A DNA stretch of 35,614 bases from a virus. Lineage: Duplodnaviria; Caudoviricetes. The notes beneath the pieces are model-generated. The model was not told the origin of the DNA. It saw only the letters and a program-made list of their open reading frames with translations, and searched no databases. A program made the position numbers and the translations under genes. This document shows, piece by piece, positions 1 through 9,485 of this stretch. The DNA lies in IMG/VR virus record IMGVR_UViG_3300030397_000307, positions 1 to 35,614 of that record; one strand, 5' to 3'. Numbering within the stretch: position 1 is the stretch's first letter; the number at the start of each line of letters is the position of its first letter.

Positions 1-17
1 GTTTCCCAGTCACGATC
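1..17 (+). other. Random-amplification (SISPA / Round A-B) primer sequence, library artefact
   Basis: GTTTCCCAGTCACGATC matches the widely used Round A/B primer. The genomic repeat copy at the far end has different upstream bases (…catctac) before the shared GGCGGAAGC. Confidence 0.9.
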
Positions 18-21
18 GGGA

Positions 22-258
22 GGCGGAAGCCGACCAGGGCCAGACGGGAAACTGAAGAACGCATTTGCCGCAGCCAGGGGTCACGCCGACGACTCAGGCA
101 CATTTACGTTGTCAAGAGAAATCCATGCCGGAATTAAGAACAACGACTACTACGTTCAAGCGCTATCATTCGGTCCAGGGCAGGGAGAGTCTGGGATATC
201 AGAGATTAGGGGGGTTACGGTTAGACCTGCAAACAGCACAGCAAAGTACATCTGCTAC
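22..258. repeat. Terminal direct repeat, left copy (circular overlap)
   Basis: 237 bp identical to 35378-35614 except T135 vs G35491. Confidence 0.95.
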
Positions 259-1362
259 CCAGACCATTACGAGAATACCGAGACTGGCGAGAGCGTTACA
301 ACCGAGCGAACGATTCAAGGGGCAATTCAGGACGCAAGCCCGGGCGACCTGATTCTAGTTAAGGACGGCAACTTCAAGAAGATGACGCTTGATAAGGAGT
401 GGACACAATATCAAGACCCAATCTGGGTGGTCGCAGAAAACTTCGATAAGGTTTTTATTGAGCGGCACGATGTTGGCGGCAGCGCAACAGTTACGATTAA
501 GCGATTGGGCTACGTTTCATTTTACGGGCTATTTATCCAAGCGTCTGACTTGTACGGAGTTTCGTTTAATACTAAGCAGGTGAACGGATACCCTAATATT
601 CACTTTTACGACTGCGCAATTGACGGCGAGTGGGACCACGTAAAGAAAGAGGGCTTTGACGCTAAATGGGGAGTGTTAGGATATGACCAAAAAGACTTCG
701 TCTGGCGTGGGGGCTACATTCAGAACATCAAACGGGAGCACGCATTCTATTGGCACAATAGTCAAGGTGGGGACAACGGCTATGCCGTTACCATCGAGGA
801 CTGCCGACTCAGACACGTGGGCAGAACGGCTACCCAATTTGTTGCAAGAAGCGGGGATTCGAACGGATACGAGGGCAGCGGACAAATCACAATTCGAAAT
901 GTTGAAGCGGAAGACTGCAACTTAGGCGACTTCTACGGCGGAGGTTCTACGTTTACGTTTGCAGGCAGGCATCGAGGACCAGTATTGCTGCAAAACGTGT
1001 CGTCTAAGGCAGGATTCAACGCAGACCTTAACGCAACTGCAGGCAAGACCGTCGGGACGGGTGCATTCGTCTGTTACCATGGCGGAGGCTCTGACGACGT
1101 CAACACAGAGTCGATATTTGTCAAGGATTGTGACCTACAAATGGCGCCAGAAGCAGGCGATAGACCGCATATGCAGATAGCAGCGGTTGACCTGTTTGAA
1201 ATGGAGACATCAACCATTACTTCGGGCGACAAGGAAGCGATGGCCATCCAAACTGGGGCTATAAACGTTCTCAACCTAGACCGCGCATCAAATGTAACGG
1301 GCGATTGCACAGTCGACGACAAGAAGTACGACACTTATCAACAGATGCTTAATGACTTGTAA
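22..1362 (+). CDS. 3' part of a ~478 aa protein spanning the junction; right-handed beta-helix (pectate-lyase-like) domain after a short N-terminal beta domain
   Basis: In frame with ATG at 35282 through the terminal repeat. TIQGAIQDASPGDLILVKDG is the typical beta-helix cap, followed by repeated I/V-x-I-x-(N/D)-(C/V) strands. Confidence 0.7.
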   Translation, partial: GGSRPGPDGKLKNAFAAARGHADDSGTFTLSREIHAGIKNNDYYVQALSFGPGQGESGISEIRGVTVRPANSTAKYICYPDHYENTETGESVTTERTIQGAIQDASPGDLILVKDGNFKKMTLDKEWTQYQDPIWVVAENFDKVFIERHDVGGSATVTIKRLGYVSFYGLFIQASDLYGVSFNTKQVNGYPNIHFYDCAIDGEWDHVKKEGFDAKWGVLGYDQKDFVWRGGYIQNIKREHAFYWHNSQGGDNGYAVTIEDCRLRHVGRTATQFVARSGDSNGYEGSGQITIRNVEAEDCNLGDFYGGGSTFTFAGRHRGPVLLQNVSSKAGFNADLNATAGKTVGTGAFVCYHGGGSDDVNTESIFVKDCDLQMAPEAGDRPHMQIAAVDLFEMETSTITSGDKEAMAIQTGAINVLNLDRASNVTGDCTVDDKKYDTYQQMLNDL

Positions 1363-2759
1363 TGAAGGGAGTATGGGCGCCACAACCAGGACCTCAGCAC
1401 GACGCCATTCTAGCAAAGTGGTGCGAAGAGCTCTTTTTTGGCGGCGCTCGAGGCGGAGGGAAGTCAGACTTCCTTCTTGCCGACTTCCTTCAGGAAGTGC
1501 ACAAGTATGGAAAACACTGGCGTGGCGTTATCTTCCGAAGAACCTACGACGAACTGGAGGAGCTGCTACACCGAGCAAGGCAGTTGTACCCACCAACCGG
1601 CGCAATGTGGGTGGCAGGAAAGCGAACGTGGGTATGGGAGAATGGTGCAACGCTGAAGTTTCGCTTTCTCGAGCGAGACCAAGACGCTGATCGCTATCAA
1701 GGACATCAATACACTTGGATTGGCTTTGATGAATTGACATCTTGGCCAACCGACCATTCGTACAACAAACTCAAGGCCTGCCTTCGAAGTGCTGAGATAG
1801 AAATTCCAACCAAGCGCATTCGAGCAAGCGGTAACCCCGGAGGCGTGGGCCATAACTGGGTACAGAAGCGGTTTGTGGATCCTCACCCTTTGGGCAGCAT
1901 ACCCATCCGAGACGAGAAAACGAACAGCGAGCGGCTCTTTATTCGCTCTCGTCTTCAAGACAACGAGGCCTTGATGGAACGAGACCCAACGTACGTGGAT
2001 CGCTTACGTATGTCAGGACCTCCAGCGCTAGTGAAAGCGTGGCTCGAAGGCGATTGGTCAGCAATTATAGGAGCATATTTCTCGGAATTCTCTATTGCTA
2101 AGCATGTGATAGAGCCGTTCGAAATATCAGACTATTGGATGCGATTTGGAGCTAAAGACTGGGGGTCGGCGGCCCCTTTTGCGGTCGGATGGTTCGCAGT
2201 TAGTGACGGAAGTGACATTAGATTCCCAAAAAATGCATTAATTATGTATCGCGAATGGTATGGGGCGGAAGGACCCCAGCAAGGGCTAAAAATGACAGCC
2301 GAGCAGGTGGCAGACGGTATTTTGGAGCGGACGGAAGAAAAAGTCTCGTATTTTAAGGCAGATCCGTCTATGTTTGCACAAGATGGGGGGCCATCGTTAG
2401 CTGAGAGGATGAAGCGTCGAGGGTTAAATCTCGCCCCGGCAGACAATAAGCGTATTCCCGGATGGGACGCGCTTAGGTCAAGATTAGCCGGACACGATGA
2501 AAAACCTATGATATACTTCTTCTCAACGTGCGTGGATACGATACGAACCCTACCTGCTCTTCAGCATGACGTAATTAGACCTGAGGACGTGGATACCACG
2601 GGAGAGGACCATTGCGGGGACATGGTGCGCTATGCCTGCATGTCGCGGCCTTGGACAAAACCGGCGCCGTTTAGCGAGCCACTGCGAGGAGCAAATGAGA
2701 TGACGTTGGATGAGCTTTGGAAAAGGACAGATAAACAAAGAGAAAACGTGAGGATATAA
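1362..2759 (+). CDS. terL: Terminase large subunit
   Basis: Walker A GGARGGGKS, Walker B IGFDE, ASGNPGG coupling motif, C-terminal nuclease DWG...DH..D..RY. Confidence 0.95.
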   Translation: MKGVWAPQPGPQHDAILAKWCEELFFGGARGGGKSDFLLADFLQEVHKYGKHWRGVIFRRTYDELEELLHRARQLYPPTGAMWVAGKRTWVWENGATLKFRFLERDQDADRYQGHQYTWIGFDELTSWPTDHSYNKLKACLRSAEIEIPTKRIRASGNPGGVGHNWVQKRFVDPHPLGSIPIRDEKTNSERLFIRSRLQDNEALMERDPTYVDRLRMSGPPALVKAWLEGDWSAIIGAYFSEFSIAKHVIEPFEISDYWMRFGAKDWGSAAPFAVGWFAVSDGSDIRFPKNALIMYREWYGAEGPQQGLKMTAEQVADGILERTEEKVSYFKADPSMFAQDGGPSLAERMKRRGLNLAPADNKRIPGWDALRSRLAGHDEKPMIYFFSTCVDTIRTLPALQHDVIRPEDVDTTGEDHCGDMVRYACMSRPWTKPAPFSEPLRGANEMTLDELWKRTDKQRENVRI

Positions 2760-3079
2760 TGTCAGAAGATACGTCCTTTAGTCCATTCCTCGGAAGAAAT
2801 ACGCGACACTCGGCACTTGTGGCGAGTTCAGAAGTAGATGTCGATCTGACTGGCGCGAATGCAATAATGATCTCGGGGGAATCACTAACTCATGCAACAG
2901 TTTTCGTTCGTATTGGCAACGGGAGTCAAACAGCAACAGATGCGGATTTGCCTATAACGGCCTCGGGGAAAGCCCAGCTTGTTCCATTGTCTCCAACGGA
3001 TGACACGGTGGCAGTTCTTTCATCAAGTGGTAGCTTACCCATTAATTTTGCACCAGGACATGTAACAGTCGGAAGATAG
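2759..3079 (+). CDS. Small beta-rich protein, probable virion accessory (paralog of 3091-3405)
   Basis: TAATG-coupled to terL; shares FSP, ATVFV.IG...QTAT.ADLPIT and PG..TVGR with the next ORF. Confidence 0.75.
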   Translation: MSEDTSFSPFLGRNTRHSALVASSEVDVDLTGANAIMISGESLTHATVFVRIGNGSQTATDADLPITASGKAQLVPLSPTDDTVAVLSSSGSLPINFAPGHVTVGR

Positions 3080-3090
3080 GAGAAACCTAA

Positions 3091-3405
3091 ATGTCTCAAC
3101 AATTCTCACCTCACTACGGAAGTGGAGTAAGCATCGCGGCCACAACAAGCTCGGGGAACACAGCGTTTACAGCAAACGGAGCAAACGCACTGGCCATATC
3201 ACTCGATAGCATTACAGGCGCTACGGTCTTTGTAAAAATTGGAGATACTGCACAAACGGCAACGACAGCAGATCTGCCAATAACTGGAGCCGGCGGTCTT
3301 TATATTGTTCCGATAGACGGGACGGACGACAACATTGCAGGGGTTACGGCCTCTGGTTCTAGCACTGTGCGGATTATTCCGGGTAACATCACTGTCGGGA
3401 GATAA
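3091..3405 (+). CDS. Small beta-rich protein, probable virion accessory (paralog of 2759-3079)
   Basis: AGGAG RBS; Ser/Thr/Gly-rich; clear similarity to the preceding ORF. Confidence 0.75.
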   Translation: MSQQFSPHYGSGVSIAATTSSGNTAFTANGANALAISLDSITGATVFVKIGDTAQTATTADLPITGAGGLYIVPIDGTDDNIAGVTASGSSTVRIIPGNITVGR

Positions 3406-3407
3406 AA

Positions 3408-5657
3408 ATGGCACAGTTCAACGAAGGTCACATCCTCGATATGGGGGAGGCCGAAACTGAAGCCCCATCAGATTTTGGGAAGGACCCCGTAGGCCAACAT
3501 CGACGTTGGATGTTGGAGATTACACTTGCCGAGAAAGAAACTGAGAAGTGGTTTAATCGCGGAAAGAAGATTATTAAACGCTACCGCGACCAAGAGGAGA
3601 TGGAGAACCGCGTCGTTGAACGCACCGCAACTAGCTACAACATCTTATGGTCGAACATTCAAACACTCCAGCCTGCGCTATACTCGCAAACACCCAAACC
3701 GCAGGTTGAACGCCGCTTTAAAGACGGCGATCCTCTTGGTCGGGTAGCTTCTCAAGTCTTAGAAAGAGCCACGTCTTACGCTGTCCAAGACGATTATTTC
3801 GACCCCGTCATGCGAGCTGTACGAGATGACTATCTTCTCGTTGGTCGTGGCACAGCATGGATTAGGTACGTTCCTCACTTTTCTAACGTCCGAGAAGACA
3901 TTGACCCCGATTCCATGCAAGCAATGGGAGAAACAGATGTAGGGGCAGAAGCAACAGGTGGAGAGGACATTCAAGAAGACGAACAAGGCCAGTTTCGCAT
4001 GCGAGAAGAGCTCGATTATGAGGAGGTGGTTTGCGACTACGTTTATTGGGAGGATTTTGGACATACACCGGCTAGAAGATGGGATGAAGTAAGAGCTGTT
4101 TGGCGTAAGGTTTATATGAACCGGGACCAGCTAGTAGACAGGTTCGGAGCGCAAGTCGGCAACGAGATAGGGCTAGATTATGCGTCGCACGCAGCTAAAA
4201 AACTTCTGGAGGAAGAGGAGGGAGTACGCAAAGAGGCTTTTAAGAAAGCAGAAATATATGAAATTTGGTCAAAAGAAGACAAAAAAGTCTATTGGCTGTC
4301 CAAGTCATACGGAAAAATCATCGAGCAAAAGAACGATCCATTAAAACTGAATGACTTCTTCCCATGCCCAAGACCTCTGTATGCTACGCAAACGACAAAC
4401 ACCTTAATTCCCATCCCTGATTACGTTCTCTACCAAGACCAGGCCAAAGAACTAGACGACCTAACAGCGCGCATCGACTTACTCACCAACTCTATGCGTA
4501 TTATGGGCTGTTACGACTCTTCGTTCGAAAGCTTGCAACGCTTAATGGATGAACATGCGGAGAACGAGCTAATTCCGGTTGATAACTGGCCATCGTTTCA
4601 ACAGCAAGGCGGGTTTCAGGGCGTTATGCAGCTATTCCCTGTTCAGGATATGGCGCAAGTGCTTCAAACACTTGTTCAGTTACGCGAACAGATAAAACAG
4701 GACCTGTACGAGATTACGGGCATCTCCGATATAGTACGCGGGCAAAGCGCTCCACAGGAAACGGCAACTGCACAGCAGATAAAAGGACAATTTGCGACTG
4801 CTCGGCTGAGGGACAGGCAGCAAGAAGTCCAACGCTTTGCTCGCGATTTAATTGCACTACAGGCAGAAGTAATCGCAGAGCACTTTTCGCCTCAAACCCT
4901 AGCTCTTATTTCAGGCGCAGAGCTTATGTCACCAGACGTAATGCAAGGCTTTACGCAAGCTGTCGAACTACTGCGCAATGACGCTCTAAGAACGTTCCGA
5001 GTTACCATTGAAACGGATAGTACTGTTGCTCTTGATGAAGACCTAGAGAAGCAGAATAGGTCTGAAGTAGTTCAGACAATAGGCGGCTTTATGCAGCAAG
5101 GGATGATGGTTGCTCAACAGGCCCCAGCGATGGTTCCTTTTATGGGGGAGACGCTGTTGTGGCTTGTTAGAGCGTTCCGCACAGGCAGAAACCTAGAAAG
5201 CTCGCTCGAGCAAGCAATAGCCGCGGCCTCACAGCCTCCCCCACCCGAGGAACAAGGCCCAGATCCAGAGATGCAAAAGCTTCAAGCTCAACTGCAGCTG
5301 AAACAACAAGAGCTCCAAATGGAAGCGCAAACAGCTCAGGCTAAGATGCAACAGGACGGCCAACTTAAGCAGGCGGAGATACAGCAAAAGTTTCAAGCGA
5401 AGATGCAAGAGTTGCAGGTTAAGCAGCAAGAAAGTGAAGCAAAGATGTCGCTTGAAATGCAAAAGATGCAAAAGGATATAGAAGTTGCGCTTCAGAAACT
5501 ACAGAACGACTTTATGATTAAGCAAATGGAGTTGCAGCATAAAAAGGAAATGGACAACAAGCCCTCCGAGGTCAAGCGAGCGGTTTTTACGACGAATCCA
5601 GAAACAGGGGACAGGGAAGCGATTATAGGGTCTATGGGTTCTACTAACGGGATTTAG
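3408..5657 (+). CDS. Portal protein with Gln-rich C-terminal coiled coil (P22-like barrel)
   Basis: 749 aa, downstream of terL; YEITGISDIVRG...ETATAQQIK portal motif; Q/M/E/K-rich helical tail. Confidence 0.88.
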   Translation: MAQFNEGHILDMGEAETEAPSDFGKDPVGQHRRWMLEITLAEKETEKWFNRGKKIIKRYRDQEEMENRVVERTATSYNILWSNIQTLQPALYSQTPKPQVERRFKDGDPLGRVASQVLERATSYAVQDDYFDPVMRAVRDDYLLVGRGTAWIRYVPHFSNVREDIDPDSMQAMGETDVGAEATGGEDIQEDEQGQFRMREELDYEEVVCDYVYWEDFGHTPARRWDEVRAVWRKVYMNRDQLVDRFGAQVGNEIGLDYASHAAKKLLEEEEGVRKEAFKKAEIYEIWSKEDKKVYWLSKSYGKIIEQKNDPLKLNDFFPCPRPLYATQTTNTLIPIPDYVLYQDQAKELDDLTARIDLLTNSMRIMGCYDSSFESLQRLMDEHAENELIPVDNWPSFQQQGGFQGVMQLFPVQDMAQVLQTLVQLREQIKQDLYEITGISDIVRGQSAPQETATAQQIKGQFATARLRDRQQEVQRFARDLIALQAEVIAEHFSPQTLALISGAELMSPDVMQGFTQAVELLRNDALRTFRVTIETDSTVALDEDLEKQNRSEVVQTIGGFMQQGMMVAQQAPAMVPFMGETLLWLVRAFRTGRNLESSLEQAIAAASQPPPPEEQGPDPEMQKLQAQLQLKQQELQMEAQTAQAKMQQDGQLKQAEIQQKFQAKMQELQVKQQESEAKMSLEMQKMQKDIEVALQKLQNDFMIKQMELQHKKEMDNKPSEVKRAVFTTNPETGDREAIIGSMGSTNGI

Positions 5658-5661
5658 GGGA

Positions 5662-5922
5662 GTGAGCACAGAAAGCGGGGTGATGTCTGGCCAGAGTTTT
5701 GTGAGGATTATCGGCATGGTAGTTTCAATCATGACGCTCCTCGGAGGCTTACATTTAATTGTAGACCCGGTAGAAAAGCGGCTAGAGGATTTAAAATCTC
5801 GTTTTGAAGCACACGAGAGGCTCGAAGGGCACGCAATGGCGATAGGGAAGCTCCGAGCATTTGACGAGAAGTTTGGGTTTTTAGACCGGAGGATAACGGA
5901 GATTGAGAGAAAGGGAAGATAA
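5662..5922 (+). CDS. Small membrane protein (one TM helix plus coiled coil)
   Basis: IIGMVVSIMTLLGGLHLIV hydrophobic segment followed by a charged helix. Confidence 0.6.
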   Translation: MSTESGVMSGQSFVRIIGMVVSIMTLLGGLHLIVDPVEKRLEDLKSRFEAHERLEGHAMAIGKLRAFDEKFGFLDRRITEIERKGR

Positions 5923-6131
5923 TGGAAGCAATGGCGGGCTATCTAGTAATGTTGATAGGGGGAGGGTGTTGGTTCTTTTTTTTTCACGGTCGTTCGGGAT
6001 TGATGAGCGACAATGGTCACGACTCCTCTGACATCTTATCGAGTCCGGGGAATTTGTATATATTGAGCCACGAGCTCTACAAAACCGCAACGACCATGCG
6101 ACCGAATGGCAGATTACGGAACGAAGCATAA
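5922..6131 (+). CDS. Hypothetical small protein with N-terminal hydrophobic segment
   Basis: TAATG overlap; fills the gap exactly up to the ATG at 6132. Confidence 0.5.
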   Translation: MEAMAGYLVMLIGGGCWFFFFHGRSGLMSDNGHDSSDILSSPGNLYILSHELYKTATTMRPNGRLRNEA

Positions 6132-7586
6132 ATGTCAGACAATATAAGAAGAGTCGATGAGCCTGCCGGCGTCCCCGTCGCTACCGACGAAGTTACCCGC
6201 AATGCCACAGTCGAGCACCAACAAATTGTAAAGATAGGCTTAGGCGCAGAGGGAGCTCACGATACCGTTGTAGATTCCGGCCAACAAACCATGGCCAATT
6301 CGGTGCCAGTTACCATGGCATCTGACCAAAGCAATATCGACATCAATATAGCTGCTTCAGATGTCTCTATAGGCGGCGGTACGGAGTACACAGAAGGAGA
6401 CACGGACGCCACAATTACCGGTGGAGCCGTTTTAGCCGAAGGGCCGGCGGACACTCTAACTCCTTTGCAAGTCGATGCTTCTAAGCACTTACAAGTAGAT
6501 ATAGCCGCGGATTCCGTGGGGATAGGCGGCGGAACCCAATTCGACGACGGCGACACAATAGATACAAACTCCCAGGGCACTTTAATGATTGCTACTACGG
6601 GAGTCTCTGGGACAGCTCGCGCAGTACGCTGCGAAAACGACGGAGCTATTCATGTTGCGGACGGTGGGGATTCTATAACAATCGATAACGCAGACATCAC
6701 AACTATTGCCGGCGCGGTGTCGGGCTCTGAGATGCAGGTCGATATCGTAGCAGACGGCGCAGGACTAGCAACAGCAGCTAACCAACTCCCTGACGGTCAC
6801 AACGTAACAATCGATAACGGTGCGGGAGCAGCGGCGGTCAATATTCAAGATGGTGGGAACACCATATCTGTTGACGGGACTGTAACGGCGAATGCAGGGT
6901 CTGGAACATTTACGGTTACAGATGACGGGTCTTTTACCTTAGCTGCGAATTCCGGGGTAGATATTGGAGACGTTGATGTTTTAACTCTTCCTGATGTGAC
7001 TCAATCAACAGCATCTAATCTTAATGCGCAAGTTGTAGGCGAAGTAGCACATGATTCTGCAGATTCTGGCAATCCATTAAAGGTCGGCGGGGTAGCCGAG
7101 GATTATGATACCACCCCAGAAGGTTCCGACCCTGGAGCTACAGAAGTAGCAGACGGAGACAGAGTTCAGCTATCGTTAGACCAAGCAGGGCGTATAGTAG
7201 AGCGTCCAATTGCTTCATATCACGACCTCGATAATATTAGCACGACTTATAATAACACAACGACAACGGCCACTTCTCAGGCTGTAGACGCGGAAAAGTA
7301 CCGCAGTGGGTGTCTATTTTTCGATATTACAGAATCAGGAACCGCTACTACCATTCGCTTCATCTTAGAGGTGTCTGCGGATGGAACTAATTATCATGAT
7401 TACATGTTTGGCCCGTGGGTGTCTTTGACATACGACGATACAACAATCGCCGATGCATCGACATTATCGGAGGCGGTTCCTTTTGATGTTAACTGGCAAT
7501 CAATGAAAGTGCGCGTAGACACTGTAGGAACAGGGGCTTCGGACACTTTCACAGTGACAAACGCAAGGATTTATTTAAGGAACTAG
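6132..7586 (+). CDS. Acidic, repetitive beta-strand protein, probable head fibre or virion appendage
   Basis: 484 aa, D/T/G/A/V-rich; internal repeats (IGGGT(E/Q)(Y/F)..GDT twice; DGG.(S/T)I(T/S)(I/V)D twice); globular C-terminal domain. Confidence 0.65.
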   Translation: MSDNIRRVDEPAGVPVATDEVTRNATVEHQQIVKIGLGAEGAHDTVVDSGQQTMANSVPVTMASDQSNIDINIAASDVSIGGGTEYTEGDTDATITGGAVLAEGPADTLTPLQVDASKHLQVDIAADSVGIGGGTQFDDGDTIDTNSQGTLMIATTGVSGTARAVRCENDGAIHVADGGDSITIDNADITTIAGAVSGSEMQVDIVADGAGLATAANQLPDGHNVTIDNGAGAAAVNIQDGGNTISVDGTVTANAGSGTFTVTDDGSFTLAANSGVDIGDVDVLTLPDVTQSTASNLNAQVVGEVAHDSADSGNPLKVGGVAEDYDTTPEGSDPGATEVADGDRVQLSLDQAGRIVERPIASYHDLDNISTTYNNTTTTATSQAVDAEKYRSGCLFFDITESGTATTIRFILEVSADGTNYHDYMFGPWVSLTYDDTTIADASTLSEAVPFDVNWQSMKVRVDTVGTGASDTFTVTNARIYLRN

Positions 7587-7590
7587 TTTC

Positions 7591-8277
7591 ATGTCAATCA
7601 TGAAACAATGGAATAAGAATTCATTAAGAGTGGTGTGGTCCAGAACTAGAACGGCTACAACTATTGTTAATGGGGACATGGAGTTCATCAGCAGAGATGA
7701 TAATCACGGAAGGTTTTTCGTAGTAGCGGGGCTAGAAGGGGCTGGGAGTACGTACAAGATACAGTTTTTCAATATAGACGGGAATAATGACTGGTTTTTT
7801 ACCTCTGTTGTAAATACAGCAGCTGCAAACCTTGAATACAGAGGGGTAAGCTCGAACGGTAAAAACTTAATAATAGCTACGCGCGACACCTCTAGTAATA
7901 GGGACCAAATTAGACACTATGACCTAAACACAGGGAATCAAATATCCAACAATGGTATGGGGAACCGCAACTTCAAAGGCTGCACATGGGATGGGCGAAG
8001 GCTCTGGACGATATCGAATGGTGGAACAAGAATTGACGAGAATATTCTAACCGACAATGGAACAAGATGGAGAAGAGTAGGTATTACAAATATTTCCCAG
8101 ACTTTAAACTCTCTAACTTATGACGGAAGGTTTTTTTACGGAATAGATACCTCAGGGAATATGCATCAATACACCGAGGCGTTTAACCAAATAAGAAAGA
8201 CAGCATTTGTAGGCGCAGGGGCCATAAATGGTGTCATGACAGACGGGAAAGACTTATATACTTGGGAACCACATTAA
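7591..8277 (+). CDS. Putative beta-propeller protein
   Basis: Recurring blade-like motifs GVSSNGKNL, GCTWDGRRL, SLTYDGRFF, GVMTDGKDL at ~40 aa spacing. Confidence 0.6.
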   Translation: MSIMKQWNKNSLRVVWSRTRTATTIVNGDMEFISRDDNHGRFFVVAGLEGAGSTYKIQFFNIDGNNDWFFTSVVNTAAANLEYRGVSSNGKNLIIATRDTSSNRDQIRHYDLNTGNQISNNGMGNRNFKGCTWDGRRLWTISNGGTRIDENILTDNGTRWRRVGITNISQTLNSLTYDGRFFYGIDTSGNMHQYTEAFNQIRKTAFVGAGAINGVMTDGKDLYTWEPH

Positions 8278-8463
8278 ATGGCCACACTAGTAACAATGCA
8301 GCAAGATGTAATTCAGATAAGCAAACAAGAGTTGTTTGACACTCTGACAACTACTAACCCTACCGAGTTTACGGGCAAAACGTTTAATGACGTGGAAACG
8401 ATAGAAGAGGATGCCGACGACGCTTCTTTTATCAAGTTTACATTTAAAAAGGTGACAGTCTAA
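8278..8463 (+). CDS. Small acidic protein (paralog of 8857-9051)
   Basis: Abuts the previous stop; shared K...FD.L...NP..F..K...D...I.ED..D......TF pattern. Confidence 0.7.
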   Translation: MATLVTMQQDVIQISKQELFDTLTTTNPTEFTGKTFNDVETIEEDADDASFIKFTFKKVTV

Positions 8464-8852
8464 TGACGGGGATAACCTATTTTGACATTGCAGCGGGACG
8501 TGTTCCCAACCATCGCGTTCATTACGTCTATGGCGACTTACTTGCAGTAGGTAATGTGGAGACAGTTACTGAGTACCAGGTTCCCGATCTTACCTTTGCA
8601 CTAGTGGTGCAGGTTTTTTCCGGGACCAATCAGGAGGTCGCTCTCCAATTGCAGCGTAAGCCGGAAGGGGGGTCATTTAGTGCCTTAAAAACTTTCTACG
8701 CGAAGGAGGAAGATACTAGTAGTGAGCTTACTCTTCCTTTCAAGGTTAACCCTAAGGACACTCTCCGCCTCCAAACGATATTCTCTGCGGGAGCGAGTAT
8801 AGTGGTCAATGCTGGGTATTCGTTAATTTTGATGGACGACACAAAGGGATAA
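8463..8852 (+). CDS. Hypothetical beta-sandwich-like protein
   Basis: TAATG-coupled 129 aa ORF with alternating hydrophobic strands. Confidence 0.65.
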   Translation: MTGITYFDIAAGRVPNHRVHYVYGDLLAVGNVETVTEYQVPDLTFALVVQVFSGTNQEVALQLQRKPEGGSFSALKTFYAKEEDTSSELTLPFKVNPKDTLRLQTIFSAGASIVVNAGYSLILMDDTKG

Positions 8853-8856
8853 GACA

Positions 8857-9051
8857 ATGCCAAGAGGAGGAAAACAAAGAGATTTACAGACTACGTCTGT
8901 TACAAAAGATGACGTATTTGACCTTCTTGTAGAAGATAATCCTGATATCTTTGGCTCCAAGCGGAAGCAGGATTATATTGATATCGTAGAAGACCCGTCA
9001 GATTCTACTCGGCTTCTTGTAACGTTCACTCAGACAGAGAAAAACGTGTAA
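8857..9051 (+). CDS. Small protein (paralog of 8278-8463)
   Basis: Same motif pattern as 8278-8463; coupled to the next gene. Confidence 0.7.
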   Translation: MPRGGKQRDLQTTSVTKDDVFDLLVEDNPDIFGSKRKQDYIDIVEDPSDSTRLLVTFTQTEKNV

Positions 9052-9485
9052 TGTCCCTGTTGTTGCTCTTTACTCCAGCCGCAGATGCGGCTGTTACTAC
9101 AAAGGGCTTTGCGGGACATTGGGTCAGGAGGAAAAAGAAGGAGGCGCCGGAAGAAAAGCCAGAAGTTGCGGTTAGGGTAAAGATAACTCCGTCGAAGGTT
9201 TCGGAAGCGGAGGAAGCCCCCGAGGAGATAACAGAGGTATTCAAACCTCCAGAGTTACCAGCGGCTGAGTTGTTGATTTTTCTTCTCTTAATAGAAAAAC
9301 AGCTTATAATAGATTTAAAGCAGGTAGAGGCCAAAAAGGAGAAATTAAAAAAGGCGGAAGAAGAGGCAGCGCTTTTGGCCCGCTTAGAAACCGAGCGAAT
9401 ACTTATTCTAGCCAGGCTAGAAGTAATGAAATCCCTTATTCGCGAGCAAGAAGATGAGACTTTACTTATTTTGATGATAACCTAA
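9051..9485 (+). CDS. Hypothetical helical, Glu/Lys/Leu-rich protein
   Basis: TAATG coupling at both ends; 144 aa. Confidence 0.65.
   Translation: MSLLLLFTPAADAAVTTKGFAGHWVRRKKKEAPEEKPEVAVRVKITPSKVSEAEEAPEEITEVFKPPELPAAELLIFLLLIEKQLIIDLKQVEAKKEKLKKAEEEAALLARLETERILILARLEVMKSLIREQEDETLLILMIT

Noticed and set aside
22-258. Terminal repeat as a biological DTR of the virion DNA
   Set aside because: It lies mid-gene and starts right after an amplification primer, so assembly overlap is the simpler explanation
5229-5471. Leu/His-rich minus-strand ORF and other short nested ORFs in the track
   Set aside because: Antisense or alternate-frame shadows of well-supported genes (here the Gln-rich portal tail)
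5976-5984. T9 run as a phase-variation or slippage site
   Set aside because: It encodes Phe residues in a hydrophobic segment, and the current frame already tiles exactly to the next gene
5662-6131. TM protein pair as i-spanin/o-spanin
   Set aside because: The second ORF lacks a convincing lipobox signal and the pair is far from the other lysis genes; left as hypothetical
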